This document shows positions 10,551 to 21,098 of a stretch of 64,000 bases of DNA, in pieces (the stretch's first letter is position 1; each line of letters begins with the position of its first letter). A model generated the notes under the pieces. That model had not been told where the DNA came from. It was given only the letters and a program-made list of their open reading frames with translations, and did not search any database. This DNA comes from a virus: positions 1-64,000 of the IMG/VR virus record IMGVR_UViG_3300035698_021020; one strand, given 5' to 3'. Both the position numbers and the translations under genes were made by a program.

Positions 10551-12235
10551 AATTATTAGAAGTATCATATAGAAATCTTATTTCCTACGGAAATATTATG
10601 CAGACCTTTAAATTTGGCGATGAACCTAGATTAGTATTAGTCGAAGGACCAAATGGCGCAGGTAAATCCTCAATTAAAGAAGCTCTTACTGTTTCAGTTT
10701 ATGGCAAGTCTGCAATTCGAGCAATGAAGGATATCCCAAATTGGATAAACAAAAATGCATATACTCGTATTAAATTTCTAACTAACTCTGGAGAACTTGT
10801 AGATATTGAACGTGGAATAGCACCAAATTTTAGTAATATAATTATTGATGGTGTTCCATTTAATCTTCCAGATAAACGAAAAGTTGATGAATTTATAGAA
10901 GACGATTTGGCTAGAATTCCATTTAGCGTTTTCTGTAACACAATAAGTTTATCATTTGACGACTTTAAATCATTTGTGAATCTCAATAGAGTAGATAAAG
11001 AGAAAATTGTTGATAGAATATTTGGAATTGATATTCTTTCTAAGATGAGAACAGTAGTTAAACAAGAGCTTAGCGACAGTAAGAAAGAATTAGCTACCGT
11101 TAATGCACAAATATTAAAAGATAGATCTACACTACAAAGATCTATGGCCCAATTAGACGAACTAAAGGAGAAACTTACTCAAAAGAAAGATAAAGAAGCA
11201 GAGGACTTAAGAAATAAGATAAAGGCTGACTCTATTTCTTTAGAGACGCTGGCCAAAACTAACGACCTGAAAAAGAACGAAGTTCAATTGGCCATAGAAA
11301 AAACATTATCTTATAGAGATAGTGCAAAGGCAATACAATTAAAAGTAGCACAAGTAGATAAGAATCTAGATCTATATAAGAATAACACTTGTCCACATTG
11401 CTTAAATGACTTAACATCTAATACCTCAAATCAAATTAAGGAAACTTTAGAATTAAAAAGAGAAACACTTCGAGATAATATTCCAGAAATAGCTAAATCG
11501 TTTAAATTAGCGAAAGCTGAATTAGAGGAATTAATTGCATCTCAAAATATATCAAATGCTGATTATCATAGAGCTCAAGCCGATATTTCTAATTTGAAAT
11601 CTGATTTAGCGTCTATTATTGCTAATATGGTAACTGATGAAACTGAATCTATTCAGAGCATCATTGATTCAATAAGTGGAGATATTGATTCTAGTTCTGT
11701 TGATCATGAGCATAAGAGCGAAGAAGTAGAGCTATATTCGACTCTAGATATACTCCTGTCTGAGTCTGGTATAAAGAAAACATTAATTAATAAGATTATA
11801 CCAACTCTAAATAATAGGATCGCTGCCATATCTGAAAGACTTGAATTCAAATTCTCTTTTTCATTCGATAGTAATTTTGACCCGACTGTTAATTATCTTG
11901 GAATGGATATTCCTCCTTCTGCTTTATCTACTGGACAAAGGAAAAAGATGAACTTAATTGTTCTTCTAGCATTCATCGAAATAATTAAGATGAAGCATGG
12001 CAAAATGAATATTATGTTCTTAGATGAGATATTCAGCTCATTAGATAAGAATAATGTGTATATGGCCATGGAAATACTTAGGGAGTATGCAAACAAATAT
12101 AAAATGACCATATTTGTTGTATCACATGAGACATTACCAGAAGAATTCTTTGATACTAGAATTGTAGTTAAAGAGAGAAACGGCTTCTCAGAAATGGAAG
12201 TGATTGAAACAGTTAATCAAATCGCTAAACCTTGA
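10547..12235 (+). CDS. Rad50/SbcC-like ATPase (gp46-like)
   Basis: GPNGAGKS, CPHC zinc hook, LSTGQ signature, FLDE, VSH. Confidence 0.92.
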   Translation: MKLLEVSYRNLISYGNIMQTFKFGDEPRLVLVEGPNGAGKSSIKEALTVSVYGKSAIRAMKDIPNWINKNAYTRIKFLTNSGELVDIERGIAPNFSNIIIDGVPFNLPDKRKVDEFIEDDLARIPFSVFCNTISLSFDDFKSFVNLNRVDKEKIVDRIFGIDILSKMRTVVKQELSDSKKELATVNAQILKDRSTLQRSMAQLDELKEKLTQKKDKEAEDLRNKIKADSISLETLAKTNDLKKNEVQLAIEKTLSYRDSAKAIQLKVAQVDKNLDLYKNNTCPHCLNDLTSNTSNQIKETLELKRETLRDNIPEIAKSFKLAKAELEELIASQNISNADYHRAQADISNLKSDLASIIANMVTDETESIQSIIDSISGDIDSSSVDHEHKSEEVELYSTLDILLSESGIKKTLINKIIPTLNNRIAAISERLEFKFSFSFDSNFDPTVNYLGMDIPPSALSTGQRKKMNLIVLLAFIEIIKMKHGKMNIMFLDEIFSSLDKNNVYMAMEILREYANKYKMTIFVVSHETLPEEFFDTRIVVKERNGFSEMEVIETVNQIAKP

Positions 12236-12274
12236 TCACTATTTAGTGTATAAAATATAAAGACTTACTGAAAT

Positions 12275-13138
12275 ATGATAATGCATCATGGCGAGACATT
12301 CGCTGACGTATACCAAAATAGTTTAATTGAGTTGATGACTGATCCAGAATATCATACTCGACCTAGAGATATGTTAGTAAATGAAAACACTAATGTTGCT
12401 CTTCAAATAGGTAATCCATTATCTTGTTTATATAATACAGAGGCTAGATCTTCTATGAAGAAATATATAGCTGCAGAACTTCTATGGTATTTCATGGGTA
12501 GGCGAGAGGTAGAGTTCATTTCCAAATATGCTAAATTTTGGAAAAGCATAGATAATGGTGATGGAACAGTAAATTCAGCATATGGTTATCTACTATTTAA
12601 AGAATATGGATTAACTGGAATTACTCAATATGAATGGGCATACAATTCATTAATTGAAGATAAAGATACCAGACAAGCTATTATGCATTTCAATATGCCT
12701 AAACACCAATATGAAGGAAATAAAGATTTTGTTTGTACTTTAACTGGAATATTCCAAATAAGAGACAATTGTTTGAATTTGAGTATAAACATGAGAAGTA
12801 ATGATGTTATTTGGGGATTACCCACGGATCTCGTATTCTTTGTAATTTTACAAAGCCAAATGCTTTCTCATTTAAAAACAAAATACCCAGATCTTAAAAT
12901 GGGATCATATACTCATTATGCTCATTCATACCACATTTATGAAAAGCATTTTGAACAAGTCACAGACATGATAAATTTACCATTCAAATCAGAAAATATT
13001 CCATCAGTTGGATTAGACCTTATTGATGTTCATGGTAATGCTACATCAGATTTTCAATTATTATTTAAAAACTATGAAGAGACTGATACTCTTTATGAAG
13101 ACCCACTATACTCATGGATACATCAAAACTTAAAGTAA
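12275..13138 (+). CDS. Thymidylate-synthase-fold enzyme, probable dCMP hydroxymethylase/methylase (T4 gp42-like)
   Basis: ELLWY, NSAYG, DTRQA, catalytic DFVCT (gp42 DFMCT), MRSND..GLPTD with Asp where ThyA has Asn. Confidence 0.75.
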   Translation: MIMHHGETFADVYQNSLIELMTDPEYHTRPRDMLVNENTNVALQIGNPLSCLYNTEARSSMKKYIAAELLWYFMGRREVEFISKYAKFWKSIDNGDGTVNSAYGYLLFKEYGLTGITQYEWAYNSLIEDKDTRQAIMHFNMPKHQYEGNKDFVCTLTGIFQIRDNCLNLSINMRSNDVIWGLPTDLVFFVILQSQMLSHLKTKYPDLKMGSYTHYAHSYHIYEKHFEQVTDMINLPFKSENIPSVGLDLIDVHGNATSDFQLLFKNYEETDTLYEDPLYSWIHQNLK

Positions 13139-13338
13139 AATTAACCGGAGCCTTGACTGCTGGAATTAGTGCAGTATTAATATATGCAGTTCTTTCTGCT
13201 TGTTGCATGGCTGTGTATTATAGTACGAATCTATCTGAGTTATTTAATATTGATCCTACATATTGGCAATGGCTTGGAATAGTATTCATAACATCTATAC
13301 TTTTTAACGATATTCCAATTACATTTAAAAACAAATAA
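13114..13338 (+). CDS. Small membrane protein
   Basis: Two hydrophobic segments. Confidence 0.55.
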   Translation: MDTSKLKVKLTGALTAGISAVLIYAVLSACCMAVYYSTNLSELFNIDPTYWQWLGIVFITSILFNDIPITFKNK

Positions 13339-13754
13339 TGGAGAAGCAATTAAAATACGATAAAGCCTATTTAAAAATGGCTACAGAATGGAAGAATCTT
13401 TCTTGTTGTAAGCGCAAGAAAGTTGGTGCATTAATAGTTAAGGATGGTGCAATAATTTCTGATGGATTTAATGGAACTCCTACTGGTTTTCCAAATGATT
13501 GCGAAGATCAAAACAATGAGACATATTGGTATGTACTTCATGCTGAAGCTAATGCTATATTAAAGGTAGCTAGATCTACACAAAGTACAGACGGAGCTTC
13601 ATTATATCTTACATATTCTCCATGTAAAGAATGTTCTAAGTTGATCCTGCAGTCTGGTATAAAACGAGTAGTATATCAAGATGAATATCGAGATATAATG
13701 GGTCTCAAAATACTTAGAGAAGCTGGAGTAGAAATAATTCAACTTACCTTATAA
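13338..13754 (+). CDS. dCMP deaminase
   Basis: HAEANA and SPCKEC zinc motifs. Confidence 0.92.
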   Translation: MEKQLKYDKAYLKMATEWKNLSCCKRKKVGALIVKDGAIISDGFNGTPTGFPNDCEDQNNETYWYVLHAEANAILKVARSTQSTDGASLYLTYSPCKECSKLILQSGIKRVVYQDEYRDIMGLKILREAGVEIIQLTL

Positions 13755-13755
13755 T

Positions 13756-14187
13756 ATGGAGGAAGAACACACAGAAGAAGAAAAAGTAATTCACAATATC
13801 TCAATAGTGTTTGTACGAGAATACAAATATTTCATTAGAGTATTTGAGAAGAAAACTAGGGAAGATTATATCCTGAATGTAAGTAAAATAATTAAGGATA
13901 AATTTAAGTCAAAATTCATTGTTCCTAATAAGATTCAATCGTTTTTATTGAATTATGAAATAAAGAAACTTCTGGATAAAGCCATAAATACCAAAAGCAG
14001 AAAATACAAAAGAGTTATTTATTTGAACTCAAATCTTTCTGAATCTGTTATATTGAATACAATTGATTTTATTAATGATGAGTATGTCGATTTTAAATTC
14101 GATTACTCTTTAATAGAAAACGGCTCAGAAGATGAGCCGTTTCGTGAATTAGATATGTTGACTACTTTAGTTACTCCTCAGAAGTAG
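13756..14187 (+). CDS. Hypothetical protein
   Basis: 143 aa ORF at the end of the operon. Confidence 0.6.
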   Translation: MEEEHTEEEKVIHNISIVFVREYKYFIRVFEKKTREDYILNVSKIIKDKFKSKFIVPNKIQSFLLNYEIKKLLDKAINTKSRKYKRVIYLNSNLSESVILNTIDFINDEYVDFKFDYSLIENGSEDEPFRELDMLTTLVTPQK

Positions 14188-14974
14188 TAGGGACTTCATT
14201 TCCTTCTTCTTCATCCTCGTCCTCATCTCCGCCTTCTTCATAAGATTCAAGTTCAGATTCTATATCATCTAGTGCAGTTGCACTTAATAAATCAGATTCT
14301 CCTTCTAAATCTACACCATCCTCATCATCATAATTTTCATAGTCATCTTGTGGTTCAGACTCATCAGGCTCTTCTATATTATCTCCATACATAGATGCAT
14401 GATCTTCATCAGACATTGTTCCTGCATTAGATCCTATCATAAGGTCTTTAGCATCTTCATCATAGTATGCAACAACTTGTCCATCCTTTGTGAAGGCTTT
14501 ACCGTTAATTCCACTTGGTGCAGCTCCGAAACCATCCCAATCTATTTTCCTTTTATCAAGTTCATCTTCAGCTAACGCAATATTACGTACGCTTATTGTT
14601 TCTTGGTTTTCTCTAGAATATTGCTCATTCAGGAAAGAATCAAATGAAGTGATTGCGAATCCTTCTCCAATTACTTTAACTGGAATAGCTGTATGATATG
14701 GATCAGCATAATTTGTTGACTTCTTTCCTTCTTGCTTATATACAATATCATTTGTAGCAGCTTTATATGTAGAGTCATAATGAGGCGATTTAAACAGCTC
14801 GTGTCTTTCCATAGTGTGTTGGTATTGAGCTAATTTAGGTGCTTTATTGATTCGATTTCCTTTATCGTCTTTATATAGTTCTCCTGAAGCTGGTCCACCG
14901 AATCCAGGTTGAGTTAAATCCATATATCGATCGAAATCTAGAATATCTCTTCTCTTTGTGTCAAATACTTCCAT
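14171..14974 (-). CDS. Hypothetical late protein with very acidic C-terminus
   Basis: 267 aa ORF downstream of tail tube; ITSFDSFLNE motif. Confidence 0.65.
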   Translation of the reverse strand: MEVFDTKRRDILDFDRYMDLTQPGFGGPASGELYKDDKGNRINKAPKLAQYQHTMERHELFKSPHYDSTYKAATNDIVYKQEGKKSTNYADPYHTAIPVKVIGEGFAITSFDSFLNEQYSRENQETISVRNIALAEDELDKRKIDWDGFGAAPSGINGKAFTKDGQVVAYYDEDAKDLMIGSNAGTMSDEDHASMYGDNIEEPDESEPQDDYENYDDEDGVDLEGESDLLSATALDDIESELESYEEGGDEDEDEEEGNEVPTTSEE

Positions 14975-14978
14975 CTTA

Positions 14979-15548
14979 TTATACGTTTATTTGTCCTATT
15001 CGTGATTCTTTCCAAGCATCAGCTCTAAACTTAGCATCAATATCATAAAGCTTATCAGAATTATAATCAAGGTCTAGTGGAGTTAATGCACCATTTGGTA
15101 TAACTGGTGTAAATTTGAATTCTCTAAAAATAGATGCTTCTTTATTTGCGATTCCAACATATATTTCTCCAACATAATCACGCTTAAGTCCTTGACGACC
15201 AGTTAATGGGTCATATACTAGATCTCCCCATGCACGTAATGTATTATAAATGTACATATTATTGTCATCGTTTAAATTAACTGTGAATTTAATTGCTAAA
15301 TCAGCAATAGTGTCTTTAGGTATAGCAGAACCGAATGAACGTTTCGCAAATTTATACTTTTGTTCAACTAAATCAGTTGGTGTAAGTTCAGGAAGACCTG
15401 TAAGAGTCAGAACGTGTTCAACCAATAAATCAACGTTATCAGTTATCACAGAAGGTGGAGTAATGATCACCTCAAATTGATTGACGAATATTGGCTCCCA
15501 ATACTCAGTCGCTGCTTTAGAATTACTCCAGTGTGGTAAACCGGCCAT
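14979..15548 (-). CDS. Tail tube protein (gp19-like)
   Basis: Likely start MAGLPHW at 15548; NQFEV...LPE...W.DLVYDP.TG.QGLKRDY tube pattern; late box at 15567-15576. Confidence 0.8.
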   Translation of the reverse strand: MAGLPHWSNSKAATEYWEPIFVNQFEVIITPPSVITDNVDLLVEHVLTLTGLPELTPTDLVEQKYKFAKRSFGSAIPKDTIADLAIKFTVNLNDDNNMYIYNTLRAWGDLVYDPLTGRQGLKRDYVGEIYVGIANKEASIFREFKFTPVIPNGALTPLDLDYNSDKLYDIDAKFRADAWKESRIGQINV

Positions 15549-15567
15549 GTTGTAATGATTATTTAGT

Positions 15568-16386
15568 TTATTTATCTCCTCTAGTTGGAGTTTCGCTAGC
15601 TGCTGTTGAACTATCTTTAATATCAAACAAATTATCAAAGTCAGTCATCATGTGCGCTGCGATTTGTGAAGAACGATTAGAGTATGTTTCTATTGATACT
15701 TGATCTCCACTGAATTGTAGAATTAAACTAGGAAGAATAGTTCTAAAAATAACATCATATTGATTTTCAATATCATCAAATTCTTTAATTGATGAAATAG
15801 GATGCTGTGGGTCTTGTCCTAAATTTAAAGTGTGAGAACCTACTACGTTTACTTTGAATGCCTCCCAAGTTTTAACTCTTTGTCCATTTAAAGTATCAAC
15901 CATTCCAGTTGAAGCCTTAAGTGTTATCTTTGGTGCTCCTGAATCAAGTCCGCTTGTTGATACTTCTCTAAAAGTTAAATGATCAGTTGTGAAATTAACT
16001 GTGTATTTAGTGCCAGCAAAGTGTTCCTTATTTAATTCAGTAATTCTAGTACTACTTAAACCAGATTCACCTTCGTTGGCCATTATGTTTGCATACTCAG
16101 GATTAATACGTTTTTTGATAGCTTCACTGGCCATCTCAAACTTTCTCTTAAGAATATTAACCTCACTTAATATTACATAAGTTGAGGTAGCAGTTCCGTC
16201 CTTCAGTTTAACATCTGGAAATATGTCTAACGTGTGTAATTTAGCATTAATTTGTTTAGGATCAATGTGAGTAACTCCATTAATTATAGACCAGACTATT
16301 TCATGGCTCACAACTGCTTGAAAAACGAATCCACCATCTTTAGCAGATACGTTATCGCTATATGCTTCTTCAGTAAGTGGATACAT
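15568..16386 (-). CDS. Hypothetical late protein
   Basis: 272 aa ORF in the late operon. Confidence 0.6.
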   Translation of the reverse strand: MYPLTEEAYSDNVSAKDGGFVFQAVVSHEIVWSIINGVTHIDPKQINAKLHTLDIFPDVKLKDGTATSTYVILSEVNILKRKFEMASEAIKKRINPEYANIMANEGESGLSSTRITELNKEHFAGTKYTVNFTTDHLTFREVSTSGLDSGAPKITLKASTGMVDTLNGQRVKTWEAFKVNVVGSHTLNLGQDPQHPISSIKEFDDIENQYDVIFRTILPSLILQFSGDQVSIETYSNRSSQIAAHMMTDFDNLFDIKDSSTAASETPTRGDK

Positions 16387-16664
16387 TATTTCTTCTCTTT
16401 CTTCTCTTTGCTGTCTCTTTTATGAGTGTATGCTTTCCAAAGAGTATTGTATATGTTACATGACGCACCCAAGAAGTTAGCAATACCTACAAACTTCTTT
16501 TTGTCTTGTCCATCCATGTTAGCGATTTTGACGCCAATTTTCTTGGCGTCATTTACTGTAAGTTCTTCATCCTCGTCTTTTCCAACGAGTTTCTTAAGAT
16601 CTCCCTTCTTCTCTAACAAACGGAATTCATCAAAGCTTGTTATGGCTTTCTGAGTCATGTCCAT
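16386..16664 (-). CDS. Small basic late protein, possible head internal protein
   Basis: N-terminal ITSFDEFRLLE motif. Confidence 0.55.
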   Translation of the reverse strand: MDMTQKAITSFDEFRLLEKKGDLKKLVGKDEDEELTVNDAKKIGVKIANMDGQDKKKFVGIANFLGASCNIYNTLWKAYTHKRDSKEKKEKK

Positions 16665-16667
16665 TAC

Positions 16668-16898
16668 TTAGTTTATCTTTTTATTCTTAATTTGAGCAAG
16701 ATGCTTAGTCGTGCCTTTCTTAATCGCTGGAGTACCTGCACCCTTAACTGGACCTACGCCCAATTCTTGGTTTACTTTTGCAGAACCACTTTTACCTTTA
16801 TCAGCAACATTTGCTTTTTTTCGGTAGTTTTTATCAGCACTATTAAAAGCTGACATGAACTGTGCGTAATTCATTACTGGATTAGCCATTATGTACAT
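16668..16898 (-). CDS. Small Lys-rich late protein
   Basis: Late box at 16901-16916 immediately upstream. Confidence 0.55.
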   Translation of the reverse strand: MYIMANPVMNYAQFMSAFNSADKNYRKKANVADKGKSGSAKVNQELGVGPVKGAGTPAIKKGTTKHLAQIKNKKIN

Positions 16899-16961
16899 GA
16901 TTTTTTATTATTTATCTTCTATTTGTCTAAAAAAAATAGTATCTTATACTTAATCCACACA

Positions 16962-16988
16962 AAACTAAATGACTTATCTGTGTATAAG
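16962..16988 (+). promoter_or_regulatory. Putative early/middle promoter AAACT-N15-GTATAAG
   Basis: Same bipartite motif recurs at several operon starts. Confidence 0.65.
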
Positions 16989-16996
16989 TTAACTAC

Positions 16997-18580
16997 ATGG
17001 CAGAAATAACTCTAGACTTCAAACCGAGGAAACAACAAAAGGAAATGCTTGCCTTTACTACTTCTGCCATAAATAGTGGTAAGAAGTTTATTATGATTGA
17101 TGCACCAACGGGTACAGGCAAATCGTTCTTTGCGATTATGCTTTCTCATTGGTATACTAAGACTTATAATAAGAAAGCTAAGATTGATATCCTGACCAAC
17201 ACCAAGCTCCTTCAGGACCAATATGTTGATGATTTCGAATTTGCTGCTAATCTAAAAGGAAACAATAATTATTACTGTGGGAAACACAAAATAAATTGTG
17301 GAGAAGCTAAATTGATTAATAGAGCAAATAATGACCATTGTAAAATATGTCCTCATAGAATTGCTCAAAATAAATTCACAAGAAGTCCATTAAGCCTTAC
17401 TAATTTCCATCTAGCTACGTCATATATGATGTATCTTCCACAGTTTTTTCTTGAACGAGATGCTCGACTTCTAATTATTGATGAAGCAAATATGTTTGAA
17501 GAGACTTTTTGTGACTTCATTGCTTCTACTTTGTCAGAAAGGAGTTTAAAATTAATGGATATTTGGGAACCATTTATGGAAAGTGATATATCTCGATTAG
17601 ATACTCTTCCAGCTATTTCTGGATATATTGCAGATGTAGTTATTCCATTGATTGATAATAAGATTGAAGAACACTTATCTGGAGTTAAGAATCTCAGAGG
17701 TAAAAAGAAATTAGATGCGGCTAAGAAAGCAGACTTCATAGATAAAATCAAATGTAAATATGACAGATTTGTAGGCGATTCTGAGAATTACAAAACAAAT
17801 TGGATATTTGAAAAAGATCTAGATAATCACGGTAAAACTAGAATTACGGTTGAACCTATATGGGGAAACATTTATCTAAAAGAAAACTTTTGGGATAAAT
17901 ACGATCATATCGTCCTAATGTCGGGTACCATATTAGACCAGGAGTTATTCTCGTTTATTATGGGAATACCAAATGAAGAATCTACATATCTATCTTTGGA
18001 TTGTCCATTTGATGCTGAGAAGCGACCAGTGATCTACGCTAAATTTGGTAAAATGTCATATTATGATAAAGCCGAAACTTTTAAAATAGCTGCACCAGTA
18101 ATCGCAAATATTTTAAAAAAGAATGCAAAGCACAAAGGAATAATTCATACATCTACTTATCAGTTCAGTAAGTGGATACAGGAACAAGTCAAAGACAAGC
18201 GACTTCTATTTCATACTACTGCTACTAGAGAAAAAACACTTAAGAAACATATCGTAAGTCAAAAGGAGACAGTTATAGTTTCTCCATCCATGATAAATGG
18301 AATTGACCTTAAAGATGAATTATCTAGATTTCAGATAATTTTAAAAGTACCTTTTCCTAATCTTATGAGTAAGAGAATAAAGAGGAGACTTGAAACTAAA
18401 CCTGAATGGTATAATTGGAAAGCTCTTGCTGATTTACTTCAAGCATATGGCAGATCAATTAGAAATAGTACAGATTGGGCAGAAACATATATTTTGGATT
18501 CATGCTTTGATCAAATACGGTATAATGCACCACAATATTTCAAAGACGCATTAAAGATCAAAACACTACCTAAGAAATGA
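16997..18580 (+). CDS. DinG/XPD-family SF2 helicase
   Basis: Q motif, APTGTGKS, Fe-S-type Cys cluster, IIDEAN, MSGT, GID, KVPFP, QAYGRSIR. Confidence 0.88.
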   Translation: MAEITLDFKPRKQQKEMLAFTTSAINSGKKFIMIDAPTGTGKSFFAIMLSHWYTKTYNKKAKIDILTNTKLLQDQYVDDFEFAANLKGNNNYYCGKHKINCGEAKLINRANNDHCKICPHRIAQNKFTRSPLSLTNFHLATSYMMYLPQFFLERDARLLIIDEANMFEETFCDFIASTLSERSLKLMDIWEPFMESDISRLDTLPAISGYIADVVIPLIDNKIEEHLSGVKNLRGKKKLDAAKKADFIDKIKCKYDRFVGDSENYKTNWIFEKDLDNHGKTRITVEPIWGNIYLKENFWDKYDHIVLMSGTILDQELFSFIMGIPNEESTYLSLDCPFDAEKRPVIYAKFGKMSYYDKAETFKIAAPVIANILKKNAKHKGIIHTSTYQFSKWIQEQVKDKRLLFHTTATREKTLKKHIVSQKETVIVSPSMINGIDLKDELSRFQIILKVPFPNLMSKRIKRRLETKPEWYNWKALADLLQAYGRSIRNSTDWAETYILDSCFDQIRYNAPQYFKDALKIKTLPKK

Positions 18581-20445
18581 CGAAGAAAAGTATAGATGAT
18601 AATTATCAGAAACTAACAGATTCTGAACATGTTTTAAAAAGACCATCTATGTATATAGGAACAGTCGTTCCACATAATGGACCAATACATTTATATGATG
18701 GCAAGAAGGTATATTTAGACACAATTACCTATAATCCGGGATTTATAAAGATATTTGATGAAATTATATCTAACTCTGCTGATGAACATCGTAAAAATAA
18801 GAAACTTTCTGAGGTACGAGTAACATTAAATCTAGATTCAAATACTATAAGTGTTTGGGACAATGGTGGAATTCCTGTTAAAATGCATACGGTACATAAA
18901 GAGTGGATCCCAGAAATGATATTCTCAAGTCTTAGATCTGGTTCAAATTTTGATGATACTGAAAAACGAAAAGGCGCTGGTACAAATGGAGTAGGATCAA
19001 CTCTTACTAATATATACAGTACAAAATTCAAAATTGTTACCTGTGATGGAACAAATCAATTTCATCAAATATTTAGTAATAACTTATCTAAGAGGACCAA
19101 GGCCTTAATTACTCCAAATAAACGAAAATTCACAGAAATAACTTATACTCCAGAACTTTCTAGGTTTAAAATGGAAACTATTTCTGATAATGATTGTAAA
19201 CTTTTATTTAGACGATGTTTAGATATCGCTGCATGTAACATAAAATTGCGAATCTCATTCACGACTATTAAAAACAAAAAGAAAAGCACATTTAATATTA
19301 AGCTAAACTCATTCTCAGATTACATAGCATTACATACTCCTGATTATTTTTATGAAGAAAGTGATGATTGGAAGATAGGATTTGCTGTTTCTAATGATGG
19401 GTTCACGAATACTAGCTTTGTTAACTCTGTACATACATCAAATGGTGGTACTCATGTAGAGTATATTACAAATCAACTTATCGCTCATCTAAGGGAGTTC
19501 ATCAAAAAGAAACATAAGATTGAGGTCAAGCCAAATGATATTAGAAATCATATACACGTGTTTATTGAAAGCTCTGTTATAAATTCTAATTTTGATGCTC
19601 AGACTAAGACACAACTGATGACCGAAGTTAGAGACTTTGGAACAGAGCATAATGTTTCTGAAAAATTAGCAAAGGCTGTTTTTAAATCTGAAATTGTTGA
19701 ATCAGTATTAGATTGGGTAAATCAGAAGCTTAAGGCTCAGGAAAATGCAGAACTTAGAAAGTTAAACAAAGGGCTTAGTAAAGAGAAAGTCATCAAATTA
19801 ATTGATGCACAGAAGAAAGGAGATAGAGGTAAATGCACATTAGGAATATTCGAAGGAGATTCTGCAAAATCTGCATTTAGAGAACATAGAGATCCTCAAT
19901 ATCAAGGAGCATTTCCTTTACGAGGTAAGTTTATGAATGTGAGCGAATTAAGCAATCTTAGAGTTGTTAAGAATAAGCAAGGAAAAACTACAGAAGCTGT
20001 TCCATTAATGGCAGCAATTGGTTTAAAACTTGGTGAGAAACCTAAAAACTTGAGATATGGAAAGATCTACATATATACTGATGCGGATCCAGATGGAGAT
20101 TGCATTGCTGCTTTAGTAATTAATTTCCTAAATAGATATTGGCCTGAATTATTCGATGATGGTAGAGTCTATAAAGTATTGACTCCACTTGTTGTTGCCA
20201 AGAAAGGAAAACAAGTAAAGAGTTTCTATACTTCTGAAGAATATGAAAAATGGACCAAACTTAAAGGATCCGCTGGTTGGGAAACTGAATATAAGAAAGG
20301 ATTAGCTGCATTATGTGATTCAGAATATAAAGAGATAATTCATAATCCAAAATTAATTAAAATGATTAATGATAAAAATTATAAAGATTCACTAGATGCA
20401 TGGTTTGGAAAAGATTCTCAACCTAGAAAAGATAGACTTTTATAA
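18577..20445 (+). CDS. Type II topoisomerase large subunit (gp39+gp60-like, ATPase plus TOPRIM)
   Basis: EHVLKRPSMYIG, EIISNSADE, GTNGVG, EGDSA, PLRGK, TDADPDG, YKKGL. Confidence 0.93.
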   Translation: MTKKSIDDNYQKLTDSEHVLKRPSMYIGTVVPHNGPIHLYDGKKVYLDTITYNPGFIKIFDEIISNSADEHRKNKKLSEVRVTLNLDSNTISVWDNGGIPVKMHTVHKEWIPEMIFSSLRSGSNFDDTEKRKGAGTNGVGSTLTNIYSTKFKIVTCDGTNQFHQIFSNNLSKRTKALITPNKRKFTEITYTPELSRFKMETISDNDCKLLFRRCLDIAACNIKLRISFTTIKNKKKSTFNIKLNSFSDYIALHTPDYFYEESDDWKIGFAVSNDGFTNTSFVNSVHTSNGGTHVEYITNQLIAHLREFIKKKHKIEVKPNDIRNHIHVFIESSVINSNFDAQTKTQLMTEVRDFGTEHNVSEKLAKAVFKSEIVESVLDWVNQKLKAQENAELRKLNKGLSKEKVIKLIDAQKKGDRGKCTLGIFEGDSAKSAFREHRDPQYQGAFPLRGKFMNVSELSNLRVVKNKQGKTTEAVPLMAAIGLKLGEKPKNLRYGKIYIYTDADPDGDCIAALVINFLNRYWPELFDDGRVYKVLTPLVVAKKGKQVKSFYTSEEYEKWTKLKGSAGWETEYKKGLAALCDSEYKEIIHNPKLIKMINDKNYKDSLDAWFGKDSQPRKDRLL

Positions 20446-20509
20446 AATATTATTAAATTTAATAAGCTTAAGTAACTTATTCTAACTCTAATTATAAAAA
20501 GAATACTGA

Positions 20510-21046
20510 ATGGAGAATAGTAAAACAATAACTGATTTCCTAGACAAGGAATATCGAGACTATGCAGTTTATGTTCTTGAGGAACGAGCTATTCCATCTG
20601 TAATTGATGGATTTAAGCCAACTCAAAGAAAAATCATTTATATTGCAGATAAAGTCTGGAAGAATGGAAAAGAGAAGCCTTTGAAGGTATTCCAACTTGC
20701 AGGTAGAGTTGCAGCAGATGCTAAGTACCATCATGGCGACTGTCTTGATCCAGATACTGAGATATTATTAAGTGACGGTTCATATATCACAATATGTGAA
20801 TGGTTTGAAAAATATCGAGATACTAAACTTAAAGTTTTAGCATTTGATGAATCTACTGATAAATTTGTAGAAGCAATCGGTCATTCTCCTAGGATAGGTC
20901 AAGTTACTGATCTTGAGTATGAAATTGAGATGGAAGACGGTAGCATATTCAAATGCACAAACAATCATCCGTTCTTAACTCAGCGTGGATGGATTAAAGC
21001 TAAAGATTTAGAGGAAGACGACGACATAATAAATTTAAAATCATAA
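20510..21046 (+). CDS. Topoisomerase II small subunit (gp52/GyrA-like) N-extein fused to split-intein N-half
   Basis: ERAIPSVIDGFKPTQRK...YHHGD, then intein block A CLDPDTEILLSDG (from 20741) and block B CTNNHPFLT. Confidence 0.9.
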   Translation: MENSKTITDFLDKEYRDYAVYVLEERAIPSVIDGFKPTQRKIIYIADKVWKNGKEKPLKVFQLAGRVAADAKYHHGDCLDPDTEILLSDGSYITICEWFEKYRDTKLKVLAFDESTDKFVEAIGHSPRIGQVTDLEYEIEMEDGSIFKCTNNHPFLTQRGWIKAKDLEEDDDIINLKS

Positions 21047-21098
21047 TCCATCACCTTGGTGATATTTAGCCTAATAAATAAAATAAAAGCTAGTCACT

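Noticed and set aside
12275-13138. Plain thyA annotation
   Set aside because: It lacks PCH and has Asp at the Asn specificity position; the motifs are closer to gp42. Not excluded without an assay.
14195-14420. TCA/TCT-rich low-complexity DNA
   Set aside because: Explained by the Asp/Glu-rich C-terminus of ORF 14171..14974.
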